This document shows positions 56,073 through 64,000 of a stretch of DNA of 64,000 nt, piece by piece. Both the position numbers and the translations under genes were made by a program. This DNA comes from Candidatus Vogelbacteria bacterium (GTDB lineage: Bacteria > Patescibacteriota > Minisyncoccia > Phycocordibacterales > JACRKE01), in NCBI GenBank assembly GCA_016215335.1, contig JACRKE010000026.1:1711-65710 (forward strand). The letters are read 5' to 3'. Numbering within the stretch: the first letter of the stretch is position 1; the number at the start of each line of letters is the position of its first letter. Below the pieces are notes generated by a model. That model was given only the letters and a program-made list of their open reading frames with translations, made no database searches and was not told where the DNA came from.

Positions 56073-56576
56073 ATGGCAGAAGAAAATAATTATCTCCACG
56101 AGATTGCAACAACGGCTATTATTGTAAACAAAGAAGGTAAATATTTGATAACTCGTCGCGCACCAGAGCGTAAGCGGTATCCCGGGTACTGGACGGTTCC
56201 TGGTGGACGTATACAAACGAGCGATTATTTAGCATTACCGAAAGAAACAGAATTTTATTGGTACAACGTACTCGAGCGTACACTCAAGCGAGAAGTAATG
56301 GAAGAATCAGGAGTAGAAATTACAAACGTGGAGTATCTTACGAGCTTGGCTACGGTGCATAAAGACGGCACACCATCGCTTGTAATATCGTGCGTCGCTG
56401 ATTATGTGAATGGCCAAGTAAAAATACAACCTGGAGAAAGTGATGACTTCGCATGGGTATCGATAGAGGAAGCAAAAGCGTACCAACTTATGGACGGCAT
56501 TTATGAAGAGCTTGTTATGGTTAATAAGAAACGCGCGGGTGAGAAAAACGTGCTATGGGAAAAAGATTTAAAATAA
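56073..56576 (+). CDS. NUDIX hydrolase
   Basis: Nudix box GGRIQTSDYLALPKETEFYWYNVLERTLKREVMEESGV. Confidence 0.75.
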   Translation: MAEENNYLHEIATTAIIVNKEGKYLITRRAPERKRYPGYWTVPGGRIQTSDYLALPKETEFYWYNVLERTLKREVMEESGVEITNVEYLTSLATVHKDGTPSLVISCVADYVNGQVKIQPGESDDFAWVSIEEAKAYQLMDGIYEELVMVNKKRAGEKNVLWEKDLK

Positions 56577-56819
56577 ATTAAATCTATTATGAGATACTTT
56601 GGGTGGGCGATTGTTGTGATACTATTACTTTTTGCCTTTTACGCTCTATCGGTGCAGAAAAATACAAAATCACCAGCACAAGAAGAGGCCCTACGTGTTC
56701 AACTATAGTAGTTTAGCGTGCTACTTCCTATTCTTAGTCTTTTGTGGTAAAATCATTTGTCCTACGGTAGCCATTCGGTTCCGAGTTAAATAGGCTCCCC
56801 ATGGGATTTTTTCGTATAT

Positions 56820-58610
56820 ATGCAAGAACTTAGAAACATAGCAATTATCGCGCACGTTGATCACGGCAAGACTACTCTAGTGGATGCTCTTCTTAAGCAG
56901 GCCATGGCGGTGAAAGTGGTTGAAAATGAAAGTGATGATCTCATAATGGATTCAAACGAACTCGAGCGTGAGCGAGGTATCACAATTTTTGCAAAAAATG
57001 CATCGGTTGAATGGGGTGACATTAAGGTAAACATTTTGGATACTCCAGGCCATGCTGATTTCGGCGGAGAGGTTGAGCGTGTCCTTACTATGGCTGATGG
57101 AGCTCTTCTTCTTGTGGATGCAAAAGAAGGTCCAATGCCTCAAACAAGATTTGTACTCAAAAAAGCACTCGAGCTTGGACTCAAGGTAATCCTCGTAATC
57201 AACAAAATGGATAAGCCTGAGGCTCGGCATAACTATGTGCTTGATGAGACTTTTGATCTTTTTATTGAGCTTGGCGCCACTAATGAGCAGGCTGATTTCC
57301 CAGTAGTGTACGCAATCGGCAAGAAAGGTGTAGCTAGTATGTCTCCCGAGCTCGACTCGATGAAAAACATAGCGCCTATTTTTGATACGATTATTAAAAA
57401 TATTGCACCGGCAAAGAGGGACGTAGAAGGAAGTTTCCAGTTCCTGGCAGTTTCGACAGACATGGACGACTACAAGGGACGCATCGCTACGGGACGTGTT
57501 CGCAGAGGGCATGTAAAATCTGGTGAGACTGTAATGCACATCAAGCGCGACGGAACAAGAGTGCCTGTAAAAATCACTTCGCTAATGACGTCCGTCGGTA
57601 TTAAACGCGCTACGATTGAGGAAGTCGAGGCGGGAGATATTGTGCATATTTCCGGTTCGCCAGATATTCAGATTGGAGAGACGCTTACGAGTATGACTGA
57701 CCCAGAAGCTTTACCTGTAATTCACATAGATCCACCAACAATTAAAGTAATGTTTCTTGTTAATACTTCACCATTTGCTGGCAAAGAGGGAACTTACGTA
57801 ACTTCACGCCAACTTCGCGAGAGACTTTTCAAAGAACTCGAGAGGGATGTGGCACTTCATGTAGAGGAGACTGATTCGGCCGATAGATTCTTGGTGTCCG
57901 GGCGCGGCGAATTACATTTGGGAATTCTTATAGAGCGTATGCGTCGCGAAGGGTATGAGTTTCAGGTCGGGAAACCCGAAGTGATTTACCTCGAAGAGAA
58001 CGGTGTGAAGCTTGAGCCATACGAACAGGTGTTTATTGAAGTTCCAGAAACACATGCTGGAGTGGTAATTGAGAAGCTAGGCGCGCGCGGAGCGCAAATG
58101 CGTAACCTGCACGTGCGCGAAGGCATTACACATTTGGATTTCGTAATAGCAACCAGTAGACTTTTTGGATACAGAAGTAAGTTCCTAACAGACACAAAGG
58201 GACTTGGCATCATGAATACTCTCTTCCACGGATTTGAGCCATCGGTCGAAAGGTTGCCACTGCCGCACGGTTCAATTGTTGCATATGAGGCTGGCAAGAC
58301 CACCGCGTTTGCACTTGAGAACGCGCAGCTTCGCGGACAAATGTTTGTGGGCCCAGGAGAAGAGGTCTATCGCGGCCAAGTTGTGGGACAGGCGTCACGA
58401 GACGAAGATATGGAAATAAATATTTGTAAGGCGAAACAACTCACGAACATGCGAAGTTCCTCGAGTGACGGACTTGTCATGCTCGATCCCCACAGGCCTC
58501 TAAACGTAGACACGGCACTCGAATATCTTGGTGATGATGAACTTATGGAGGCTACCCCAAAATCCGTACGTGTGAGAAAAATAACTGAGGGTAAACGTAA
58601 GGGTTCCTAG
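56820..58610 (+). CDS. typA: translational GTPase TypA/BipA
   Basis: IAIIAHVDHGKTTLVDALL, DTPGHADFGGEVER, NKMDK; 596 aa with the EF-G-like domain order. Confidence 0.95.
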   Translation: MQELRNIAIIAHVDHGKTTLVDALLKQAMAVKVVENESDDLIMDSNELERERGITIFAKNASVEWGDIKVNILDTPGHADFGGEVERVLTMADGALLLVDAKEGPMPQTRFVLKKALELGLKVILVINKMDKPEARHNYVLDETFDLFIELGATNEQADFPVVYAIGKKGVASMSPELDSMKNIAPIFDTIIKNIAPAKRDVEGSFQFLAVSTDMDDYKGRIATGRVRRGHVKSGETVMHIKRDGTRVPVKITSLMTSVGIKRATIEEVEAGDIVHISGSPDIQIGETLTSMTDPEALPVIHIDPPTIKVMFLVNTSPFAGKEGTYVTSRQLRERLFKELERDVALHVEETDSADRFLVSGRGELHLGILIERMRREGYEFQVGKPEVIYLEENGVKLEPYEQVFIEVPETHAGVVIEKLGARGAQMRNLHVREGITHLDFVIATSRLFGYRSKFLTDTKGLGIMNTLFHGFEPSVERLPLPHGSIVAYEAGKTTAFALENAQLRGQMFVGPGEEVYRGQVVGQASRDEDMEINICKAKQLTNMRSSSSDGLVMLDPHRPLNVDTALEYLGDDELMEATPKSVRVRKITEGKRKGS

Positions 58611-58648
58611 GACCAAAAACAGCACTGCGATAGCGGCTCTGTTGGAAT

Positions 58649-58675
58649 ACATAGGACTAACCTATGTATTTTTCA
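58649..58675 (+). terminator. rho-independent terminator TACATAGG-ACTAA-CCTATGTA + TTTTTC
   Basis: 8-bp stem followed by a T-run, 39 nt after the typA stop. Confidence 0.55.
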
Positions 58676-58693
58676 TAATTTTTACAAACGAAA

Positions 58694-58735
58694 AAGCTGC
58701 CGGGAAGGTGCGACGGGAGATACTCCCGGCAGCTT
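58694..58735 (-). terminator. hairpin AAGCTGCCGGGA-N18-TCCCGGCAGCTT; on the minus strand it is followed by TTTTCGTTTG
   Basis: 12-bp GC-rich stem 21 nt past the stop of the minus-strand NUDIX gene. Confidence 0.5.
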
Positions 58736-58755
58736 CTCGGCAGCATGTGCTGCTC

Positions 58756-59208
58756 CTACTTGAACTCGATCGACCTCTGAGCGATCAGGGTCTTCAGGAA
58801 TTCCGCCTGCGACGGCAGGAACTCCTCTGAGTAGATGATGGATGGGTCTTCGAGCGACCATACCTCGCCCTCGTCCCCGATGGTGCCGAGGTCACCAGTG
58901 AAGTCCCTCGTCGTGATCTCGGCCCAGAAGAAGATCCTCCAGTGGTTCGTGTCGGCTCGCGTATGGTGAGTGCGCCCGACCTCCTTGAGCGCGCTTTTTG
59001 GAATCTTGACTGACTCGCCTGTCTCGCCGAAAACCTCCCGAATAGCAGCCTCCATAGACGATTCGCTCTCCTCAACGCCCCCACCAGGAATCTTCGCGTA
59101 GAGTCGCGCTCCGCTCAGCGCCTTCGCCGGCTCTCGGACAACGATGATCTTCTTCAGATCAGCGACATAGGTGATTACAACTGCTGCGAACGTAACGATA
59201 TTTTCCAC
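58756..59208 (-). CDS. NUDIX hydrolase encoded in a GC-rich islet (GTG start)
   Basis: Nudix box GGGVEESESSMEAAIREVFGETGE. GTG start preceded by AAGGAGG (rc of 59215-59221). The whole gene is visibly GC-rich relative to its neighbours. Confidence 0.7.
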   Translation of the reverse strand: MENIVTFAAVVITYVADLKKIIVVREPAKALSGARLYAKIPGGGVEESESSMEAAIREVFGETGESVKIPKSALKEVGRTHHTRADTNHWRIFFWAEITTRDFTGDLGTIGDEGEVWSLEDPSIIYSEEFLPSQAEFLKTLIAQRSIEFK

Positions 59209-59331
59209 CTTGTTCCTCCTTGCGGAACTTGTATCTGGTACTGGGTTGTTGTTCGCAACCTATAATATACACTACTTACCTACATATGTCAAGTAGTAGC
59301 AATCCCTGTATCTTAGGCCTATAATTAAGTC

Positions 59332-60291
59332 ATGAATGTTCATGAAAATGTTGATTTGAAAGCATATACTACGTTCGGCGTAGCCGGAGTGGCTCGCTGG
59401 TTTGCGATTGCCAGAAGCGAGTTTGATATTGATGATGCGTTCAAATGGGCAAAAAGTAGAGGAGAATCGATTCTCATATTAGGCGGTGGGAGCAATGTGG
59501 CCATTGCAGATGGGATAATAGAAAAATTAGTTTTGAAAATTTCAAATAATACAATCAGAGTTGAAGGCAACAAAATATTGTGTGGCGCGGGTACTGAGCT
59601 TTCCAAACTAATTCGTACGGCAAATATAAAAGGTCTGGATGGCCTAGAAGCAATGGCCGGTATTCCTGGAACCGTAGGAGGTGCGATAGTTGGTAATGCC
59701 GCAGCATATGGTCAGGCCATCGGTGACCACCTAGTCAGAGTACAAGTGATGGATTATGCAGATACAAGGTTCAACCCTGTTACAAGGTTGAACCTTGTGA
59801 ATAATGAAACAAAGACTTGGATTAGTAAAGCCGAGTGCGAATTCGCTTATCACGATTCTGTATTTGAACGAAAGCCCGCAATAATCATTCAGGCCGAGTT
59901 TGAATTTGATAAGGCTGAAGCTGATTTACTTCAAAAGAAATCAGCTGAAATACTTAAAATTCGTAAGAAAAAATTTCCGAAAAATGCGAAGTATCCAGGG
60001 TGCTTTTTCAAAAATGTTTGGGCCAACAAAGTTCCAAAACAAGTCCTCGCTGGAATTCCAAACGTCAAAGACTATTTTGGCAAAGTTCCCGCATGGTACT
60101 TTCTTAACGAGGTGGGTGCCCGTGGCATGATTCAGGGTGGTCTTAAAGTTTCTGAAACACATGGCAACTTGGTATTAAACGAAAACAACGCATCCTTTAA
60201 TGACGTCGAGGCGCTCGCGCTTGAGCTCAAAAAAAGGGTTAAAGAAAAGTTTGGGGTTGAGCTTGAAGAAGAGGTGCGCTTTGTGTCATAG
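59332..60291 (+). CDS. murB: UDP-N-acetylenolpyruvoylglucosamine reductase
   Basis: LKAYTTFGVAGVARWF..ILILGGGSNV FAD-binding N-terminus; 319 aa; cell-wall context. Confidence 0.75.
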   Translation: MNVHENVDLKAYTTFGVAGVARWFAIARSEFDIDDAFKWAKSRGESILILGGGSNVAIADGIIEKLVLKISNNTIRVEGNKILCGAGTELSKLIRTANIKGLDGLEAMAGIPGTVGGAIVGNAAAYGQAIGDHLVRVQVMDYADTRFNPVTRLNLVNNETKTWISKAECEFAYHDSVFERKPAIIIQAEFEFDKAEADLLQKKSAEILKIRKKKFPKNAKYPGCFFKNVWANKVPKQVLAGIPNVKDYFGKVPAWYFLNEVGARGMIQGGLKVSETHGNLVLNENNASFNDVEALALELKKRVKEKFGVELEEEVRFVS

Positions 60292-60301
60292 TATTTAGAT
60301 A

Positions 60302-61750
60302 ATGCCGGAATATACACCTACAATTGGTCTCGAGATACATGCTGAGTTGAAGACTCTCACCAAGATGTTTTGCAACTCAAAGAACGACCCGGATGAGAAG
60401 CGTCCGAATGTAAATATCTGTCCGGTTTGTATGGCGCATCCTGGCACCCTGCCAGTCATAAACAAAGCGGCAGTGAGACATATGATTCGTATTGGTCTCG
60501 CAGTAGGCGGAACTATTGCGGACTTTACCGAATTTGATCGAAAGAACTACTTTTATCCCGACATTCCTAAAGGTTACCAAATCAGTCAGTATAAATATCC
60601 AATCGTTACAGGAGGTACAATAAATGGCGTGGCGCTAACTCGAATACATCTTGAAGAAGACACTGCTCGTTCTCAACACGGCACAGGCGGGACAAGTCTT
60701 ATTGATTACAACCGCGCAGGGGTGCCTCTCATGGAGCTTGTCACTGAACCTGTAATCAAAAGTGCTAAACAAGCAGGCGATTTCGCTCGCGAGCTTCAGC
60801 TTGTTTTGCGATACCTCGGAGCATCTGAGGCAAATATGGAAAAAGGCGAGATGCGAGTTGAGGCTAATGTATCAGTTAGTAAAGACCAAGATAAATTTGG
60901 GACTAAAGTTGAAATAAAAAACTTGAACTCATTCAACGTGGTTGAACGCGCTATCAAATACGAAATTGAACGTCAGATTGATGAGATTGAAAATGGCGTG
61001 AAGGTCGTCCAAGAAACACGAGGTTGGGATGACGGCAAGCAGAAGACATATTCTCAGCGTGTTAAAGAAAGCTCCCATGATTATCGCTATTTTCCCGATC
61101 CAGATCTTCCAAAACTTAAATTAAGCGAAATAGAAGAGTTTAAGCAACTTAAGGAGACATTGCCTGAATTGCCTTGGCAGAAACGAGATAGGCTTAATAA
61201 AGAGTTTGGCTTGAGAGAAGAGGCGGTGGAAATTTTTGTCACTGATCATCCGATTGGGAAGTTCTTTGAAGATACGGTGAAAGGCCACGAATCAGACAAA
61301 GAGTTTGTTAGCTTGGCTTCAAACTATATTACAAGCGATATGCTTGCGTTACTGAAACTGGAGGATCCGACTGCTGATATTGGCGAAGACGAAGTCGCCC
61401 TAAGAATGTTTAAAATTTCTGCCACTGATTTCGCTGAGCTCATTACAATGCTTAAAGAAGGCAAAGTTTCATCACGCGCAGGCAAAGATATTTTGGGTGC
61501 GCTACTTCGCGTGGGTGGCTCGCCTAAGGAGTATGCGGAGAAACACACACTTCTGCAAAAAAATGATGAAGGTGAACTTGAGAAAATAATAGATGATATA
61601 ATTTCAACAAACGAAAAGGTTGCTTCCGAAGTAAAAGCGGGAAAAACCGCCGCGTTACAATTTTTACTCGGCCAAGCTATGAAAGTGACTAAAGGCAGTG
61701 CGAATCCAGCGATTCTCAAGTCTCTGTTTGAGAAGAAACTTTTAAGTTGA
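60302..61750 (+). CDS. gatB: Asp-tRNA(Asn)/Glu-tRNA(Gln) amidotransferase subunit B
   Basis: YTPTIGLEIHAELKTLTKMFC ... NRAGVPLMELVTEP ... GatB/YqeY C-terminal domain. Confidence 0.95.
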   Translation: MPEYTPTIGLEIHAELKTLTKMFCNSKNDPDEKRPNVNICPVCMAHPGTLPVINKAAVRHMIRIGLAVGGTIADFTEFDRKNYFYPDIPKGYQISQYKYPIVTGGTINGVALTRIHLEEDTARSQHGTGGTSLIDYNRAGVPLMELVTEPVIKSAKQAGDFARELQLVLRYLGASEANMEKGEMRVEANVSVSKDQDKFGTKVEIKNLNSFNVVERAIKYEIERQIDEIENGVKVVQETRGWDDGKQKTYSQRVKESSHDYRYFPDPDLPKLKLSEIEEFKQLKETLPELPWQKRDRLNKEFGLREEAVEIFVTDHPIGKFFEDTVKGHESDKEFVSLASNYITSDMLALLKLEDPTADIGEDEVALRMFKISATDFAELITMLKEGKVSSRAGKDILGALLRVGGSPKEYAEKHTLLQKNDEGELEKIIDDIISTNEKVASEVKAGKTAALQFLLGQAMKVTKGSANPAILKSLFEKKLLS

Positions 61751-61756
61751 GTTGTA

Positions 61757-61797
61757 TTTCCTATATACTATTTACTATATACAATATACTAATCAAT
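61757..61797 (+). promoter_or_regulatory. AT-rich element, direct copy abutting the rpiB start codon
   Basis: TTTCCTATATACTATTTACTATATACAATATACTAATCAAT; the 33-nt core differs from the 50353-50390 copy at one position. Confidence 0.5.
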
Positions 61798-62253
61798 ATG
61801 CACATCTACCTAGGAACCGACCACGCTGGATTTGAACTTAAGGAAGAAGTAAAAACTTACCTTGAAGGGCTTGGACATATGGTCGACGATCTCGGTGCTT
61901 ATGTGTTTGACCCGAAAGATGACTATCCTGATTTCGTCGCACCTGTCGCACGAAAGATTTCTGAAGAGTACGCTAATCCAGAGGTGCGTGGAGTTGTTTT
62001 TGGGCGTACGGGCCAAGCAGAAGCTATGGTCTGCAACAGATTTCCGCATGTGCGCGCATCGCTTTACTACGGAGGACCTGTTGAGATTATCGCACTTTCA
62101 CGTCAGCACAATAATTCAAATATCCTTTCGCTTAGTGCTCACTTGATATCGTTTGAAGAGGCAAGACGTGCTCTCGACATGTGGCTCGCGACTGAGTACG
62201 AAGGCGGACGTCATGATGCGCGTTTAAAGAAAATTGAGGAATTAAACCAATAA
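61798..62253 (+). CDS. rpiB: ribose-5-phosphate isomerase B
   Basis: MHIYLGTDHAGFELKEEVKTYLEGLGHMVDDLG. The start is moved to the ATG at 61798, just after the element; the track ORF began at a TTG at 61747. Confidence 0.85.
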   Translation: MHIYLGTDHAGFELKEEVKTYLEGLGHMVDDLGAYVFDPKDDYPDFVAPVARKISEEYANPEVRGVVFGRTGQAEAMVCNRFPHVRASLYYGGPVEIIALSRQHNNSNILSLSAHLISFEEARRALDMWLATEYEGGRHDARLKKIEELNQ

Positions 62254-62255
62254 AG

Positions 62256-62972
62256 ATGTCAGTTCAAATAGTACCATCAATTATTGGCGGAAAATTCGAA
62301 GAAATAAAGCAGAAGTATGACCTTATACGGGGTCACACGGATTGGGTGCAGGTAGATGTTGTAGACGGACTTTTTGCAACACCTATAAGCTGGCCTTACA
62401 GGGGCGATGAAAATCTTCTCAAATTATGCGAATTAAATAGAGATGGTAAAGGACCAAATATCGAAGTGCATTTGATGATTGCAAATCCCGAATCAGAACT
62501 GGAAAGATGGCTCGATTCAGGGGCGAATAGAGTTTTATTTCATTTTGAAGCCACTGAAAAACCTAATGAGCTTATTGAGTTGGCAGAATCAGTAAGGCTT
62601 GCGGTTAACAAAAAACAAAAAACAAAATTCGTACATCACTACGCTGACGTTGGGATAGTGCTTATGATAAAAACTCCGCCGACAGTGCTCGACGACCTTT
62701 TGCATCCGCTTGATACTATTCAATATATGAGTATTGATAAAATTGGAAGTTACGGCGCTAAGTTCAATGATGCAGTTTATACCAGACTTGAATATACAAG
62801 AAAGAAATTTCCACGTGCTAATATAAGTGTTGATGGTGGAGTTTCTCTAGTAAATGCTCCAGCATTGATAGCCGCCGGTGCCACTCAGCTAGTAGTTGGA
62901 AGTGCTATCTGGAAAGCGAAAAATCCTGTGCAGGCACTAGAACATTTTAAGCATATAAAAGTAGCCAATTGA
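62256..62972 (+). CDS. rpe: ribulose-phosphate 3-epimerase-family protein
   Basis: VPSIIGGKFEEI..DWVQVDVVDGLF ... IEVHLMIANPE ... SVDGGVS resembles the RPE TIM-barrel. Confidence 0.6.
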   Translation: MSVQIVPSIIGGKFEEIKQKYDLIRGHTDWVQVDVVDGLFATPISWPYRGDENLLKLCELNRDGKGPNIEVHLMIANPESELERWLDSGANRVLFHFEATEKPNELIELAESVRLAVNKKQKTKFVHHYADVGIVLMIKTPPTVLDDLLHPLDTIQYMSIDKIGSYGAKFNDAVYTRLEYTRKKFPRANISVDGGVSLVNAPALIAAGATQLVVGSAIWKAKNPVQALEHFKHIKVAN

Positions 62973-62973
62973 G

Positions 62974-63201
62974 ATGGATGTAAAACCTGGAATTTACAGG
63001 CATTATAAAGGAGGATTGTATAAGGTTCATTTTGTAGCCAGACATTCAGAGACCCAAGATTTTTTTGTGGTCTACGAACACATGGAAGAAGACCGGACAC
63101 CTACAGGCGACTACTGGGTACGCCCAGCATCTATGTGGGATGACGTGATTCATAAACCGGAATACAGTGGCCCGAGATTTGTTTTTCTAGGCGTCAATTG
63201 A
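62974..63201 (+). CDS. DUF1653 domain protein
   Basis: YRHYKGGLYKVHFVARHSETQDFFVVYE matches the DUF1653 core. Confidence 0.65.
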   Translation: MDVKPGIYRHYKGGLYKVHFVARHSETQDFFVVYEHMEEDRTPTGDYWVRPASMWDDVIHKPEYSGPRFVFLGVN

Positions 63202-63621
63202 TCAAGCTAAACCCTGCTCGGCAAGGTGTCTATCCTGAAGAAGTCTTTCCGCTCGGGGAATGTAATCTTCAGATGAGTATGTCTTGCCATCACTGAATGC
63301 TCCATCTCTTTGGTACAACTCTTTATCTTCAAACCACGGATCTTCAAACAACGAGAAGTATCTTTCGATCAGATTCAGTTTTTTGTTTATCAGACTAATT
63401 TCTTTCTCGCTTAACTTTATTCCTTCATCTATCGCATAATTAAAGTATCCTTCCGCCACTCCGAAGAGATTTTGTGATATGTGGAAAAAGTGCGAATCAA
63501 CGACTTTATCTTTTTTAATTTTTCCAATTATTTCATCCCGTTTCGCCTGCAATAAAGACAGTTTTTCTTCGGTAGTCTTCTCTGTGCCCATTGTCTCTTC
63601 ATTATTTAGTTCTTGGCTCAT
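63202..63621 (-). CDS. hypothetical protein
   Basis: 139-aa ORF, no recognisable motif. Confidence 0.35.
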   Translation of the reverse strand: MSQELNNEETMGTEKTTEEKLSLLQAKRDEIIGKIKKDKVVDSHFFHISQNLFGVAEGYFNYAIDEGIKLSEKEISLINKKLNLIERYFSLFEDPWFEDKELYQRDGAFSDGKTYSSEDYIPRAERLLQDRHLAEQGLA

Positions 63622-63663
63622 TTTGTGTAGTATAACATTGTTTTATTGTGATAGAATAGTTCA

Positions 63664-64000
63664 ATGATCACATTGAGGCAAGCTGTCAGTCAAGCCGGCG
63701 AAGATAGAAAGGCGATAGGCCATTTCAACGTCTCTACCATAGATGCGATCTGGGCGATATTTAATGCCGTTCGAGATATTAAGGCTCCTGCAGTCATAAT
63801 TGGTGTTTCTGAAGGCGAAAGAGACTTTATAGGATTAAAGCAGATAGTGGCTTTGGTTAAGAGTATTCGAGATGAGTATGATTATCCAATTTTTCTTAAT
63901 GCAGATCATTCGTATTCATTTGAAAGAGTTAAAGACGCGATAGATGCCGGATTTGATTCAGTGATTTTTGACGGAGCAAAATTAGGCATAGAAGATAATA
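63664..64000 (+). CDS. class II fructose/tagatose-bisphosphate aldolase (5' partial; continues beyond the window)
   Basis: MITLRQAVSQAGEDRKAIGHFNVSTIDAIWAIFNAVRDIKAPAVIIGVSEG...FLNADHS matches the class II aldolase N-terminus; open at the window end, so absent from the ORF track. Confidence 0.7.
   Translation, partial: MITLRQAVSQAGEDRKAIGHFNVSTIDAIWAIFNAVRDIKAPAVIIGVSEGERDFIGLKQIVALVKSIRDEYDYPIFLNADHSYSFERVKDAIDAGFDSVIFDGAKLGIEDN

Noticed and set aside
56589-56708. 39-codon ORF MRYFGWAIVVILLLFAFYALSVQKNTKSPAQEEALRVQL in the NUDIX-typA spacer
   Set aside because: It is a single hydrophobic helix with no SD, promoter element or conservation evidence available; it may be real but is not supportable from sequence alone.
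1-64000. CRISPR array
   Set aside because: No regularly spaced direct repeats of 25-40 bp. The only repeat family (the AT-rich element) is irregularly spaced and sits at gene starts.

Overview
This is an AT-rich bacterial window whose gene content looks like a small, reduced genome (CPR/Patescibacteria-like; inference only). No rRNA, tRNA or CRISPR array was recognised.

Housekeeping genes sit at both ends: murC, rsmI, secA, typA/bipA, murB, gatB, rpiB, an rpe-like gene and a partial class II aldolase.

They bracket a surface-glycan biosynthesis and decoration island of about 40 kb (roughly 7.3-48.0 kb). Almost every gene in it abuts or overlaps its neighbour. It contains:
- at least 12 glycosyltransferases (GT4, GT2, GT9, GT-C);
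- two GtrA/GtrB-type polyprenyl-phosphate modules;
- a plant-type GDP-mannose 3,5-epimerase homolog;
- a KdsB-family (CMP-Kdo synthetase-like) cytidylyltransferase;
- an NDP-hexose C-methyltransferase, a radical SAM enzyme, an AsnB-like amidotransferase and an APH-like kinase;
- at least seven SAM methyltransferases, a NodB-type deacetylase, a Wzx flippase and a Wzy_C/TPR ligase-polymerase.

Outside the island are a DUF559 + DinD pair, a TraD/VirD4-like P-loop ATPase with an Arg/Ser-rich tail, an ABC1 kinase, an Avd-like four-helix-bundle protein, and an amidase/holin lysis-like pair interleaved with three NUDIX genes.

Four kinds of structure are not explained by the gene calls:
- a family of at least 8 copies of a 33-40 bp AT-rich promoter-like element that ends right at start codons; two copies precede paralogous ~50 aa membrane peptides missing from the ORF track;
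- two GC-rich islets that carry minus-strand genes with AGGAGG Shine-Dalgarno sites and their own terminators;
- gene relics (a GT4 C-terminal fragment and an internally deleted epimerase);
- several perfect palindromes and terminators.
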